This document shows positions 1-12,529 of a stretch of DNA of 64,000 bases, in pieces. The position numbers and the translations under genes are program-made. Each line of letters opens with the position of its first letter. Positions within the stretch are counted from its first letter, which is position 1. Below the pieces are notes generated by a model. It did not search any database. It was not told the origin of the DNA and saw only the letters and a list, made by a program, of their open reading frames with translations. This DNA comes from the human T2T-CHM13v2.0 reference genome, Homo sapiens, in NCBI RefSeq assembly GCF_009914755.1, contig NC_060926.1. One strand, 5' to 3'.

Positions 1-53
1 TATGGGAGCGACAAGATGGGATTTGAGAGGGGACACAGAGCCAAACCATATCA
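1..53 (-). mobile_element. THE1 (MaLR) LTR 5' end, cut by the window edge
   Basis: Reverse complement reads TGATATGGTTTGGCTCTGTGTCCCC...AAATCCCATCTTGTCGCTCCCATA, the THE1 LTR start. Confidence 0.85.
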
Positions 54-1635
54 GCATCATTGGATCATTTGCCTGGTGGGAGGTGGGGAGTGGGAGGCAG
101 ATAGGCATGGAGGGGGCTCTTCTCCTGCAAGTTCATTTGTAGGTCTTGTAACTACACTGATGTGCAGTAGCAGACCTTTGTGACATTTATTCAGTGATGG
201 TTCTGCCTCTGTCACTACTGTCCAGTGTGAGACCTAGGGAGGGCTTCCTGGCCTGTTTCAGAAGGGCCTCCAGAGCTCTGTTGCCCCTTGCAAGACCACG
301 GCCAATGCTTTCTGGAGCTACCCACATTGTCATCTAAACTGCTCTGAGACCCACCAGGCACAAAGCCAGGCAGCTTGGAAATTGGCTGGACGGGCACAGC
401 TGCCTCTGACCCAGCTGCCTTGATCTGCCCTTGACACGTACTCTTCATGCCAAAGACCCAGGGAACCCGAGGCAGGGAGAACACATTCAGAAAGAGAAAT
501 TCACCATTCCAGGGAGTAACCCTTTACCAATAGATTGTAGATAAGCACTTGCTTGGAGAAGAGAAAGGAAGGCAGAAGGAAGCAGGAGGGAGGAGTGGGT
601 CATATTTTAATATTCTAAGAGACTTGGCATCTAACTTGAGCCCTGCAAACCAAGGAGGCACCAGGGTAGAGTGGGCCTCCGTGGTGTTACCATAAGTGCA
701 TCCAGCAGAGAAAATAGCAAAATACTGCAAACATTCCCTGAGGGGTTCAAAAAAGTGATACCCTACCCTGACCCAGCCCTGGAGAGATGCTCTTCTAAAA
801 CCATGTATATGAAAGAGCAAAGGGTCTGGGGGCGGGGGATGGGAGGGAGGTGGTAGGGTGGGGGTGTGTGGGAAGAGAGGGCTGGATTGTTTAATGCACT
901 GTTACTGAAGGAATTTCCACTTGGGTACGTATGTGCTGTAGACTTTCTGAACATCACATCTCACTCAATAAAAGTGCACGCCAACACCACGTGCTCTGTT
1001 TATATCTCTCCCTATCCAGTGCACTGGATGGATGGATGAAGGCACTCTCCCAGGCTTCCAACTCTTGGTAAGTGTGCATTTTCTAATTACATTTCTCAGC
1101 CTGGGCTTCAGACAGGAGAGCTCAAAAAAATGTATTCCAGTTTTACAAATAACAATGGTTTTTTAAAGAAAGCAACTCAATGATTCAAGAATGACTTCCT
1201 TTCTCTTATTCTTGTCTTCAAGAGTAAGAAGTAAACTCCCAGGAAACAGAATTGGTTTCCTCTCCTAGGAGTTGGGTTGTAGATGGAGCATGCAAGTTCT
1301 TCAAAATGATCCCATGGCTTAGAAGCAAGAAGAGGGGAAGGGAGAATGAGCTTGCATCCAAGGGGCCTTCTAGAGAGTGTGGAATCCTGAATTGTGCATA
1401 ACAGAGTGTGCCTGGGAAACAGGAGAGCTGGATGTCATACCCAAAGCATCATTTTCACAGGCAAAGCTACTCCTTCTCCCTAAGGAGCTACAAAACCCAT
1501 AGCAAGATCATGTGGCAACTAGGGCCACCTGCTTCGAATAGGGTTTTCTCTCCCTGTTTTGATCCTTTACCCCCACTCATTTCCCTGCTCTGTGACACAC
1601 AGAGTAGATAACACCACCTTAGCATTGAGTTTTAA

Positions 1636-2260
1636 CCATTTATTCACATGTATTGTTGAGTACTATATTCTGGGCATTATACTAGGCATTGGGGATTTAA
1701 TGAAGAACAAGACAGACAAAGTTCTTGCCATTGTCATTTAAATCCCAGTAAGGGAGGTAGACATGAATCAGGTAAACAAATAAATGAAAGGGCCACAAAC
1801 TGTTAATGCTTTGAATGGAATAAATTGAGCATTAGAGTGGGCTTTAATGGGAAGGTTTGTCTGAGGAGGAGAGTTATGCTAGATCTAAAGGCAGAGAAGG
1901 AGCCAGCCCCATGGAGAGCTGGGAGGAAAGTGCCAACAGTGACAGATGAAACAGGCAACACAAAGCTCTAACGCCCATGAGAGTGTGGCCTGACTGGGAT
2001 CAGCCAGAAAGCTGTTGTGACTAAGCGTGATGAGTGAGGTTGGGCAGTAGCGTGGACACAGAACATTCTACATGTAGTGAGAAGCCACTGAATGGATTTT
2101 TAACAATGGATGAGCATATTCTGATTTTTGTCTTAAGAAGGTGATTTTCTGCAAATATGGAAATGAACTGGAAGTGGGCAAAGGTAATAACAGGGAGACC
2201 CTTCGGAGGGTATTGCAGCTGAAGTGAGAGATGGTGGCCAGAATTGGAATGGTGGTGAGT
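1636..2260 (-). mobile_element. L2 LINE 3' fragment
   Basis: CATTTATTCACATGTATTGTTGAGTACT...GGCATTGGGGAT...GAACAAGACAGACAAAG matches the antisense L2 3' end; boundaries approximate. Confidence 0.75.
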
Positions 2261-2923
2261 GTTCTGCCTCGTTTTGTTTCATGTAGGTTGATTTGTTTTT
2301 TTAGGCAGTTTGAGAGTTCTTTGAGAGCAAAGAGCTTATTTTATTCTTCACAGGATAAAGGAGGAGCCCCACTCCTCACCACCAGTATGTTCATATGATG
2401 CAACAAGAACATACTCCTTCTCTGCTTGGTCTTCAGTGCAGGGCAGCCTGACACACGCTATTCTTCTGACCTCCTATGCCATCACTGCCCTTTTGGGGGG
2501 ACATGATGCTCATGTCCCCCAAATACTTCCCTTTTTCCCCTCTTCCCAAACTATGACAGGACTTTCCCAGAGCCCTTCTACTTAGAATGTTCTTCTTTCT
2601 TTTTGGCAAAGCCTGGCTTTTCTTGCTATCTAAATTTTCTAATAAAATACCAACTCTCTGAAGGCTTTTCCTGATTCCTGGGGTAGTGGCAGCAATGTGC
2701 ACCTCTGTGCTCCCATGGTGCTTTGTTCACGTCTGGAGTTTTGCACCTGCTCACACCATGTTGTACACTCTCTGCTTGAGTGTCTGTCTCCTAACCAGAT
2801 CCCTAGCTCCTAGTTACAAACTCACTGCCAAATCTCAGCCTTTCCTTTAAAGAGAAGTCAAGGTGAGGATAGATTTTGAATCATGTTATATTTGAAATCA
2901 TGGTATTACATGGTTAATAATAA

Positions 2924-3108
2924 TAAATCTTATCATTATAAACTTCCATTGTATTTTACACTTCTATTAAACTCTTAAATAGTTTTAAAAGTTTAACTTC
3001 TATTAAACTCTTAGTTTCAAAAGTTTAACTTCTATTAAACTCTTAACTTGAAACTTTTAACTTCTATTAAACTCTTAAATCTTATCATGATAAACTCCTA
3101 TTGTTTTT
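2924..3108. repeat. Short AT-rich imperfect tandem array with flanking direct repeats
   Basis: ACTTCTATTAAACTCTTA at 2960, 2996, 3028 and 3060; flanked by TAAATCTTATCAT(T/G)ATAAACT at 2924 and 3076. Confidence 0.9.
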
Positions 3109-3199
3109 TAACACCTAAGCTGTGGCCTCAAATTTAAACAGAAAACAGGCCTGGTAGAATGTAAATCCACGCTCCTAATGAATGGCTGAGTGTGTGAGC

Positions 3200-6100
3200 T
3201 AGAAGATTGATCAATAGAAATTATCTAATCTAAAGACAAGAGGAAAAAAAAGGTTGAAAAAATGAACAAGCTTCAGGGACATGTGGGACAATATCCAAAT
3301 GTTCCATATGCAGTTAATTACAGTCCCAGATGCAGACAACAAATATAATGGGGCAGAAAATATATCTGAGAACATACTGGCTGAAAAACTTTGGAATTTG
3401 TTGAAAGACATAAATTATAGATCCAAAAGCACGGGGAACTCCAAACAGGATAATTTTGAATAAAATCCTATCTAGGCACATCATAATTAAATTCCTAAAA
3501 ACCAAAGATAAGGAGAAAATCTTGCAAGTACCCAGAGAAAAATGACCGATCACTTACAGGGCCATGACTCAAATGACTATGGACTATCAGTGGTGGTGAG
3601 GGAGTGGAATATGGACTTACACTGTTTCAAGGTTTCTACATTTTATGTGAAGAAATGCAATATTAACTAAATATACTGTGAAAATAGAAGGATGTTTGTG
3701 TGATAATCAGATCAGCCATTTAAAAATGAATCCAATGTGATGTATCTAAAAATCTAACAAATAAAAAAGTTAAAACAAAATTATAAAATGTATTCAATTG
3801 AAAAAGGTAGGAAGGGAGAACAGAGGAACTAAAAACAAAGTGGACAACTAAAAAGAAATACAGTCTTAATACAATCATATTAATAACTACGTTAAATGGT
3901 AGTGGACAAAATATTCCAATTAAAAGGCAGAGATTACCAGAATAGACTGTTCTTTAAAAAGCAAGATCCAACTATATGCTGACTAGAGGAGATGAGCTTT
4001 AAAAACAAAGAGTCAATTAATAAGGAAGACATAATCATAAATGTATATGTGCCTAAGAATAGATCCTCAAGATACATAAAGCAAAACTTGACAGAATAAA
4101 AGAAGAAATAGAACATTTTACAATTATTGTGGGATATTTGAATACTCTCCCTGCAGTTGGTAGGCTGCAGGACAAAAATTCAGTAAAGTCATAGAGAATC
4201 TGAGCAGCCATATCAACACCCTAGCCTAACTGATGTTTACAGAACACAATACCCAGCAACTGGAGAATAAACATTTTTTCCAGCTGTACATACTCACCAA
4301 CAAGGACCATATCCCAGGCTATAAGACAAATCCTAAAATAAATTATAGGATTGAAATAATAGTAGGATAGATCCTCTGATCACAATGTAATTAAATTAGG
4401 AATCAATTAAAATAAGTTATCCAGAACAAATCCAAATAATCAATTAAAACAAGTTATCTAGGACAAATCCAAATAAATATATTGCACTTCTAAATAATCC
4501 ATAGATGAAAGAAGAAACCACAGAGAAATGATAAAATATTTAAAACTTAATGATAGGGAAACTACAACATAAACTAAAACAGTGATTAGAGGGAGTTTTA
4601 TGGCTTTGAATTCTTACATTAGAAAAGAAGAAAGGTTTAAATTCAGTGATTTAAAATTCCTCCTCAAATCCAAAGTAAACCAAAGTAAGTAAAACAAAGA
4701 AAATAATAAAGAGCAGAAGTCAGTGTAATAAGAAACAGATAAGTAATTTAAAAAACGAGTAAACCCTAAAGTTAGTTCTTTGTAAAGAATACGAAAACTG
4801 GTAAATTTTGTCAGACTTTGTAAGAAAAATGGAGAACAAAAATTACTAATATCAGGAATGAAAGAGGACTTATCACCACAGAAATCACAGACATTAAAAT
4901 GTTAAAAAGAGAATATAAGAACAGTATAAGGAACTTTATACCAATAATTTCTGCAAAATAGTTGAAATGGACAAATTTATATAAATATAAATCATCAAAA
5001 TTTACACAAGATGAAATAGAGAATCTGAATTATAGGCCCGGCTAATTTCACTGGTAAATTTTATGAAACATTTAAAGAAGAGATAACATCAAACTTACAC
5101 AAACTCTTAAAAATTAGAGGAGGACAGGGTACACGTCCCAATTTGGTTTATGGTACCAGCAAAACTCTAATACCAAAGCACGACAAAGACATTGCAAAAG
5201 GGAACACTGCAGGCCAACATCCCTCATGAACATAGATGCTAAAATTTATAACAAAATATCAGCAGATTAAATCCAACAATATATAAAAAGGAATAAAACA
5301 TCATGACCAAGGGAGATTTATCCTGGGAATACAAGGTTGGTTTAATATTCAAAAAATTAATCAATATAATATACCACATTAAGAGAATAAAGTAGAAAAG
5401 CCATACAATCATTTCAATGGATGCAGAAAAAGTATTTGACCACATTTAATATATGTTCATAATAAAAACTCTCAGCAATCTAGCACAGAAAAGAACTTCT
5501 TCAACCTGATAAAGGGCATCTTTAATGATGAAATATGGAACAGTTTCCCAGCAAGTTTGGAAACAAGGCAAGGATGCCCACTCTTATGACTTCTATGCAA
5601 CATTGTACCATCAGTCCTAGCCATTACACTAAGGCAAGAAAAAGAAATAAAGCTTTTAAAGATCAGAAAGATAGAAGTAAAATTGTGTCTATTTGCAGGT
5701 GATAATTTTTTGTATAAACAGTTCTAAAGAATCTACACAACTACAATTAGAACTAACAAATGAATTTAGCAAGGTCACATGTTACACGGTGAATATATAA
5801 AAATTGATTTTATATTTTATTAATTTGCAGCAAAAAATTAGAAAATGAAATTGAAAACCATTAATTTACAAGAATGACAAAAATATTTAGGAATAAATTT
5901 AACAAAAGATGTGCAAGACCTATACACTAAAAAATGACAAAATATTGCTGAAATAAATCGAAGAAGACATAAATATATGGAGAAATATACTGTGTTCATG
6001 GATTACAAGACTCCATGTTGTCAAGATGTCAGTTCTCCCCAAATTTGTCTATAGATTCAATGCGAAATTTTAGTAGGCTCTCTTTGTACCAATTAAAAGT

Positions 6101-7005
6101 CCATTATAAAATGTATATGAAAGTACAAATGACCTAGGATTACCAATATATTTTTTATAAAGAAAGACAAAGTTGATAGTCTTCTTGACCGAAGAACAGA
6201 TGTGTAGATCAGTAGAACAGAATAGAGGGTCCTAAAATAGATCCATAAATATACTATTGATTGGCTTTCAACAAAGGTGCAGGGACAATTCAATGAAGAA
6301 AGAATGTTCTTTTCAATAAATGGTACTGGAACAATTACATGTTCATATACTCAAAAAAAGAAAGAAAGAAAGATGAAAGGAAGGAAAAAGGCAAAAAGAG
6401 AGACGGAACCTCTCTCTACCCTCCTTACCTTGTAGCATATTCAAAACTAAAAATAGATCATAGACCTAAATATAAATCTTAGACTATACAATATCTAGAA
6501 GGAAATATAGGATAAATTGTTTGTGACCTTGTGTTATGGTTTTAATGTGTATTCTCTTCAAAACTCAGATTGAAATTTTATTGCCAATGTAATGGTATTG
6601 GGATGTGGGCCTTTAAGAGGTGATTGGGCCATGAGGGCTCCACCCTCATAGATGGGTTTAATGTCTCTGGAAAAGGGCCTTTGTGGGTAGGTTCTCTCCC
6701 TTTGCTTTTCCACTCTTCTGCCATGTGAGGAAAAATGTTCCTTTCTCTGGAGGATGCAGTGTTCAAGGCACCATCTTGGAAGTGGAAACCAGGCCTTCAC
6801 CAGACACCAAACCTGTTGTTGCCTTGATCTTGGACTTAAGAACTATAAGAAGTAAATTTCTCTTCTTTATAAATTACTAAATCTCATGTATTCTGTTATA
6901 GCAACACAAATTGGACTAAGACATCTTGGGCCATATTTCTTGGGTACAAAACCAAAAACATAATTTACAAAAGAGAATAAGATAAATTGGACTTTATCCA
7001 AGTTA
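3200..7005 (+). mobile_element. Old L1M (L1MC/MD/ME-type) LINE, ORF1-ORF2 remnant with deletions, interrupted by an MST LTR
   Basis: A-rich strand; ORF1-like WDNIQ...GAENISENILAE; ORF2 RT region (GGAAACAAGGCAAGGATGCCCACTC, TTTGCAGGTGAT); many stops. Confidence 0.85.
6532..6923 (+). mobile_element. MSTD-like MaLR solo LTR inserted in L1
   Basis: TGTTATGG...GGACTAAGACA termini; 5-bp TSD CCTTG/TCTTG; CATGAGGGCTCCACCCTCAT core. Confidence 0.85.
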
Positions 7006-7044
7006 AGCAGGGAGCAAAGTATTACTTTATTAATAGCTTAAAAA

Positions 7045-7135
7045 CAGGCTTGCCCAGATCCCATAGCCAGCAAATGGCAGAGTCTAGAAATGAACTCAGG
7101 GCAGTCTGACTCCAGCATCTACAGTTTTATGCACA
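7045..7135 (-). mobile_element. MIR fragment
   Basis: TTGCCCAGATCCCATAGCCAGCAAATGGCAGAG...TCTGACTCCAG is the antisense MIR core. Confidence 0.65.
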
Positions 7136-7679
7136 GTATTCTCATACAACTCTACTTGTAAGTTACAGTGTAGGGAGCATAGACTTCAACAGCACAGCTG
7201 TGCCTCTGAGCTAATTAGCCAAGAACTGCCTGCTGCTCCCCACCCTAATCCTCCGCTTGGACCTGAGGGATGCCTGAGCGCTTAAGCGTTAGCAACACTG
7301 AATGAGCTTTCAACAAACCCAGTGATGCTTCATCACCAAAGAAAAATGTTATGACAGAAGTTAGGACCAGGCTGTCTTCCCTGAAGATTTGCTAGCTCAA
7401 TCTTGATAACTCGTTCTTGCTGAAAACAAGGGTTGTCCATGTGACTGGTATCACTCCAGGGGCTATGCTACAGTGAATGCAGTTAGGCAAGAGCTTACAC
7501 CTCAGTGAGAGCTTGCACAGGGAGGGATGAGCAGGGTGTAGGGCTGAAATCCACAGTGTGGGCCCTTTCCTGCCATTCCTGCCTCTGCTTTTTTCCTTCC
7601 TACAGTGCTTCCCTTGGGACTAGGCACATAGTGGGTTTCAATAAAGACTCATTGCAGGCCCTGAGGCCAGTATATGGAG

Positions 7680-10600
7680 CTGCCTGGAATCCATGCAGTG
7701 GCATTGCTCCAGAGAGGGATCTTCTGTTGGGTGAGTTCATATACCCCTAAGACCAAAGAGCTGCAGCACAACAACATTTTGAGAGCCCAGCCCCCATCAG
7801 ACTGCATCCTGTCCTGGGATCCAACAGCTCCTGTGTCTTCACATCCCTAGAGCCTCACTGACATCCTCCTTCATCCACCCAGAGGACTGCAGTGGCATGA
7901 TTCCAGCTGGACCCAGCAATATGACAGGAGCACCAACACTCTAGCACACCCAGTGTCCTGCACGTTGCAGCACACTGGGGAGGCTACCCCAGGACAAAGG
8001 GAGCTGAATGTCATGCTCTCCAGCACATGACAGTCACCTGCCTGGGGGCACTGCCTCTGATAGCAACCCCAACCCCCAGCAGCAGGGCTGCAGCACACTT
8101 ACACATACCCTGAGGAGAGGCTGTCTCTACCCACTGCCACCATTGCTGCCACCATCCAGGCACTTTACCTGGGGATGGGGCATTTCCCCACCCTGCCCAT
8201 CACAGCCTGCACCCATGCAGGCCTAGGGACAGGCCCATCCCACTTGGCACCACCCCTCTCAGTGCCCAAGCATGCTTCCTGGGGATCTGGGAATCACCTC
8301 GCCCCATCCACCACTGCAGGGATCTGTGCATTCCTCCTAGGGCCTGAGGATGGGCCCACCCAGCCTGCCACCACAGCTGGCACCAACTCACACATGCTAC
8401 CTGGGGCCCTAGAGACTGGCCGACCCAGTCCATCACTGCCACTACTAACACCAGCACCTTCCACCTGGGAATGTCAGGATTGTTCCACCACTGTTATTGC
8501 CATCGCACGGTGCCCAGGGGACGGAGGACCTTCCCATCTGCCTGGCTCACCACTGCCACTAATGGCAACTGAATATGCTGTCTGAAAGCCCAAGAATCAG
8601 CCCACTTGGGCCCACTAACAGTGGTGTCCATGTATACCACCTGGGAGCTCAAGGACAGACACATTTGGCCCACTACTGTCACTACTGGGGCCTGAGAGCT
8701 GGCCTACCTGGCACCTCAGTCTCTGGCAAAGCCTCACCACGGCCTCTGCTAACAACCACAGCCGAAGCCACTGAGGAAATCACAGACATCACTGACACTG
8801 CTTACAGACAAAGAAATCATACAGAGAATACACACCTGCATGCACCCAGAACCAAAGCTAATGTACTCTACCCAACCAACACCAGAGATACATCTATAAG
8901 AAAGAGTCTTCCCCATGAGAGCCAATTCAAAAAATTGGAAGAAATTATTATTACACCAGATGCACAGATATCAATGTAATGGCACAGGAAACAGAAACAG
9001 CAAGGAAATATGACACTTCCAAAGGAACACAATAATTCTCCAGCAACAGATTCCAGTGAAAAAGAAATATATAAAATGCCTAGAAAAGAATTCAAAATAA
9101 TGATATTAGAGAAGCTCAGTGAGATACAAGAAACACAAATAGTACCAAGAAAGCAGAAAAACAACTCAAGATATGAATAAGAAATTCACCAAAGATATAG
9201 ATATAAAAAAGAACCAAATAGAAATCCTAGAATTCAATGAATGAAATAAAAAATACGATCAAGAGCTTCAAAAATAGACTAGATCGAGTAGAAGAAAGAA
9301 TTTCTGATCTTGAAGACAGGGCTTTTGAAATAATCCAATCAGACCCCTCCCCTGCCAAATAAAAAAGTCGGGGAAGAATAAAAGAGAATGAAGAAAGAGT
9401 ATTGATATATGAAGCAACACTATAAAGTGACCAAATATTCATGTTTGGGGATTTTCTCAGGGAGAAGAGATGGACAAAGGCTCAGAAAACCTATTTAACA
9501 AAACAATACCTGAAAACTTTCTAAGTCTATCAAGAAATTTAGACATCCAGATACAGGAAGCTCATGGAATCCCAAATAGATACAACCCCAAAAGGTCTTC
9601 TCCAAAGCACATATAGTCAATTGTCAAAAGTCAAAGACAAAGGAAGAATTCTAAAAACAGCAAAAGAAGAGCATCTAGTCACATATAAGAGTGTATTGCT
9701 CAGTAAAAGCCTAGGAGAGAATGGGATGATATATTCAAAGTGCTGAAGGAAAACCATTAGTAGCTAAGAATACTATACTCAGCAAAGTTTCCCTTCAAAA
9801 ATAAAGGAGAAATAACATATTTTCCAGATAAGCAAAACTGAGGGAAATCATAGACCAGCCCTACAAGAAATATTCAAGGGAGCCCATCACCTGGAAGCAG
9901 AAGAACAATACCTACCGTCATGAAAGCACACAGAAGTATAAAACTCACTGGTAGAGCAAACATACAAATGAGGAAGAGAAAGAATTCAAATGTTACCACT
10001 ACAAAAAATACACCAAACCATATTGATAAACAATGAGGGAAAGGAACAATGTTTATACAAAACAGCCAGAAAACAACAAAATGACAGAAATCAGTCCTCA
10101 AATGTCAACCATAACCTTGAATGTAAAAGCATAAAACATTCTACCAAAAAGATACAGACTGGCCGAATGGATTAAAATTTTAAAAGGCATGACCCAACTA
10201 TATGCTACAAGGAACTCACTTCACCTGTAAAGACACATATAGTCTGAAAGTGAAAGGAGAGAAAATGATATTTCATGCAAATAGAAACCAAAACCAGGCA
10301 GGTATAGCTATACCTACATCAGATAAAACAGACTTTAAGTCAAAAATAGTAAAAAGAAATAAAGAAGGTCATTTATATAATGATAAATAGATTAATTCAG
10401 CAAGAGGATTGAATAATCCTAAATATATATGCACCCAATACCAGAGCACCCAGATACAGAAAGCAAATCTTATCAGATCAAAAGGGGGAGATAGATTCTA
10501 ATACAATAACAGTTGGGAACTTCAACACCCCACGCTCAGCATTAGACAGATGATCTCAACAGAAAATCAACCAAGAAACATTGGATTTAAACTGTACTTT

Positions 10601-12064
10601 AAACCAAATGGACCTAACAGACATCTACAGAACAATTTATTCAACAGTTGCAGAATACACATTCTTCTCATCAGCACATGGAACAGTCTCCAGGATAGAC
10701 CATATGTTATGCCAGAAAATAAGTCTCAAAAATTCTCCTAAACATCAAAGTCATATCTAGTGTTTTTTCAGATGATAGTAGAACAAAACTAGAAATCAAT
10801 AACAAAGTGGAACTTTGGAACCTGTACAAATACATGGAAATTAAACAACATGCTCCTGAACAACCAATGGGTCAAGGAAGAAATTATAAAGAAAATTTAA
10901 AAAATTCTTTAAATAAATGAAAATGGAAACATAACATATCAAAACCTGTGAGATACAGCAAGCAGTGCTAAGAAGGAGGTTTATAGCAATAAATACCTAC
11001 ATAAAAAATAGAAAGATGTCAAATAAATAACCCAATGATGCATGTCAAAGAACTAGAAGAGCAAGAACAAACCAAACCCTAAATTTGTATGAAGAAAGAA
11101 ATAATAAAGATTAGAGCAGAACTAAATGAAATAGAGACTAAAAAAAGGACCACCAAAACAAAAGTTGTTTTTTGAAAAGATGAACAAAATTAATAAACTG
11201 AACTATACTAACCAAGAAAAAAGAAGACTCAAAAAAATAAAATAAACCAGAAATGAATAAGGTGACATTACAACTGATACTGCAGAATACAAAAAAAAAA
11301 CCCTCAAAGACTATTATGAACAACTACAAGATAACAAACTGGAAAATCTAGAGCAAATGGAAAAATTCCTGGACACATGCAACTTACCAAGATGGAATCT
11401 GGAAGTAACAGAAAACCTGAATAAACCAATAGGAGTAATGAAAAAATCTCCCAACAAAGAAAAGTCCAGGACTGGATAGCTTCGTTGCTTTATTCTACCA
11501 AACTTATAAAGAGGAACTAACACCAATTCTCCTCAAACTATTCCAAAAAAACTGAAGAGGAATGAATCCTCCCTAATTCATTCTACAAGGCTAGCATTAT
11601 CCTCATACCAAAACCAGACACAGACACAACAACAAAAAAAGAAAACTGCAGGCCAATATCCTGATGAACACAGATGCACAAGTTCTCAACAAAACACTTG
11701 CAAACCAAATCCAACAGCACATCAAAAAGATAATACATAATGATTAAGTGGAATTTATCCCAGGGATGCCAGGCTCATTCAACATTTACAAATCAATAAA
11801 TGTGATACATCACATCCACAGAATTAAGGACAAAAACCACCATCTCAGTAGATGCAGAAAAATGATTTTCATAAAATTCAACATCCCTTCATGATAAAAA
11901 CTAACAACAAATTAGGCATAGGAGGAACATACCTCAACATAATAAAGGCCATGTGTGACAAACACATAGCTAACATCATACTGAATGGGGAAAAGCCAAA
12001 AGCCTTTCCTCTAAGAACTAGAACAAGACAATGATGCCCACTTTCACCGCTCCTATTCGACATA
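7680..12064 (+). mobile_element. L1MA-type (L1M1/M2 5' end) LINE: 5'UTR with degenerate ~60-bp monomers, ORF1, ORF2 endonuclease to mid-RT; 3' half missing
   Basis: C-rich repeated 5'UTR at ~8100-8760; ORF1 from ~8980; ORF2 start ATGACAGAAATCAGT...ACCTTGAATGTAAA at 10081; ends at RTRQ*CPLSPLLFDI. Confidence 0.9.
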
Positions 12065-12198
12065 ACCATACACCAAATATGCTCATGCATTGATCTTGAA
12101 CTTCCCAGCCTCCAGAACTGTAAGAAATAAATTTCTTCTGTTTATAAACTACCCAGTTTATGGTATTTTGTTATAGCAGCTAAAACAGACTAAAGACA
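12065..12198 (+). mobile_element. 3' part of a MaLR LTR (MLT1A/MST-type)
   Basis: TTGATCTTGAACTTCCCAGCCTCCAGAACTGTAAGAAATAAA...GACTAAAGACA. Confidence 0.85.
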
Positions 12199-12471
12199 AT
12201 TCTCTTCAAACAAATCTGGGCACATGCATTTAAAGGTCATGCTGAGCTTTGCCTGGTGAAGGGAAAGAGTAGCTAAGTCTTCATTCTGTCTTCTTGACCA
12301 GTTTGGCTCTGGGCGAAACTTGCCAACCCCTCGGGAAAAAATGTGTTGCAACTATCTATCGGGAGTCCTTGAGCATCTCTCGCAGCCACACTTTGCTTCT
12401 CATGAGATAGATCAGAGTTTAATGCTTCCCCTTCACAGTCTCCGGGAAGAATCCAGTAAATATGTTTTCCA

Positions 12472-12473
<2 letters not shown>

Positions 12474-12527
<54 letters not shown>
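12474..12527. repeat. (GT)27 microsatellite
   Basis: Uninterrupted GT run. Confidence 0.98.

Positions 12528-12529
<2 letters not shown>

Noticed and set aside
1014-1029. Perfect 16-bp palindrome ATCCAGTGCACTGGAT
   Set aside because: About one such palindrome is expected by chance in 64 kb
2960-3077. Possible CRISPR array
   Set aside because: Primate context, no cas genes, 18-nt repeats, and 14-18-nt spacers that derive from each other
8175-8979. 134-136-aa ORFs
   Set aside because: They lie in the C-rich monomeric L1 5'UTR and are repeat-derived
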